28,480 bases of DNA from Promethearchaeota archaeon. Its GTDB lineage: Archaea > Asgardarchaeota > Lokiarchaeia > Sigyniarchaeales > SOKP01. The notes beneath the pieces are model-generated. The model did no database searches, had not been told where the DNA came from, and saw only the letters and a list, made by a program, of their open reading frames with translations. A program made the translations under genes and the position numbers. Positions within the stretch are counted from its first letter, which is position 1. The number at the start of each line of letters is the position of its first letter. Shown one piece after another: positions 27,410 to 28,480 of the stretch. The DNA lies in the NCBI GenBank assembly GCA_008080735.1, contig SHMW01000056.1, positions 1 to 28,480 on the forward strand, read 5' to 3'.

Positions 27410-27937
27410 GTGGATAAGATTTTTAAAAAGTGGATTCAAGCATTAGGAAAACTCGACTATGTCCAAGGAAAAGATAGACCGGATGTTGAGTGTATCCTAT
27501 GTGCGGTTCGGGACGAAGATGAAAGAGTAAGAGTGCTAAAAGTATACGAAGATGAGATTCTCTTTGTATGTTTAAATCTGTATCCCTATAATCCGGGTCA
27601 TCTTCTCGTCGTTCCCAGAGATCATCTTGTTAAATATCTTGAACTCTCTAAAGCTGATTTAATACATATAACTCGGACGATTCAGGGATTACAGAAGCTT
27701 CTTAATTCTCTCTACAGTCCACATGGCTACAATATAGGTTTAAATGAGGGCAGAGATGCGGGCGGCTCAATAAAACATCTACATTTTCATATTGTCCCGC
27801 GCTACGGTGCTGAATTAGGCTATATCGATATTGTGGGAAAAACACGTGTTGTAGTGGAAGGTCTTAAATCCGTAAAGAACAAAATAGATAAGCATATTGA
27901 TAAGTACCTAAATCCAGAATTTTACAAGAGTTTTTAA
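27410..27937 (+). CDS. HIT-family nucleotide hydrolase/phosphorylase (Ap4A-type)
   Basis: CILC, LNLYPYNPGHLLVVP, NIGLNEGRDAGGSIKHLHFHIVPR (HxHxH). Confidence 0.92.
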   Translation: MDKIFKKWIQALGKLDYVQGKDRPDVECILCAVRDEDERVRVLKVYEDEILFVCLNLYPYNPGHLLVVPRDHLVKYLELSKADLIHITRTIQGLQKLLNSLYSPHGYNIGLNEGRDAGGSIKHLHFHIVPRYGAELGYIDIVGKTRVVVEGLKSVKNKIDKHIDKYLNPEFYKSF

Positions 27938-27967
27938 AAAAAATTTCCTAAACCTATACCAAATCTA

Positions 27968-28480
27968 ATGTCAATCAACGAGAATAGAATACGTAACCGT
28001 ATTAAAAATTTTTCGTTTCCACGTTTATCAGGCACGGAATTTGAAGAAAAGGCTTCTAAACTTGCTCAAGAAGAAATAAAAAATATGGGACTTGAGCCTC
28101 AGCTACAGCAGTTTCAATTCTCCACATTTTACTCTAGAGTTTATCCAAAGATCACCTTTCCGCTGACTTTTTGGCTTGTACTCTCCTTTTATCTACGATT
28201 TGAACCACTTTTTCTCCTACTGAATCTTCTAATCATTAGTATAATTTTTTTACCGTTCTTTATTCTCACCAGAAAACCCGAGACTATACGTTTTGGTAAA
28301 GTTTTGGAGTCCAAAAATGTTTATGTGCGAATAGAGAATAAAGCCGACCAAAACGATTTGAAACTCAAGGATAGGGAAATTACAAATGTGTTTTTTATTG
28401 CCCATTAGATTCGAAAGGACAAAGATTTATCGCCAGAACACGCTTCTTGAGCATTCTTGGTTATACATTATCCTTGATTT
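27968..28480 (+). pseudogene. Membrane-associated M28-like peptidase, frameshifted near 28406 (real or sequencing error); continues off the window
   Basis: FSFPRLSGTEFE, SKNVY, FIAH, then TAG. The shifted frame continues DSKGQRFIARTRFLSILGY. One extra T restores AH(L/Y)DSKGQ. Confidence 0.7.

Noticed and set aside
1-28480. CRISPR array, IS/transposase, integrase, tRNA-derived att site
   Set aside because: No regularly spaced repeats, no recognisable recombinase motifs, and no duplicate of the tRNA 3' end seen by eye.

Overview
AT-rich archaeal chromosomal window, most likely Asgard (Lokiarchaeia-like). This is inferred from a Bud23-like methyltransferase, eS25, a Rag/Arf-type GTPase, DUF211/DUF2299 genes and an intron-containing tRNA-Ser(CGA). 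Most of it is housekeeping or catabolic, plus a very AT-rich, decaying nuclease/HEPN-like island (~10.7-13.4 kb). The standout is a 30-nt insertion (10576-10605) in a coiled-coil/zinc-ribbon protein gene. It carries an in-frame TAA and folds into a bulge-helix-bulge (BHB) motif. Cutting at the canonical BHB positions restores ...MYAK|KHVCKKCGYEF and the second CxxC pair. This is a candidate tRNA-endonuclease-type intron in a protein-coding mRNA outside the known cbf5 case. All family calls come from motif recognition by eye; no database searches were run.
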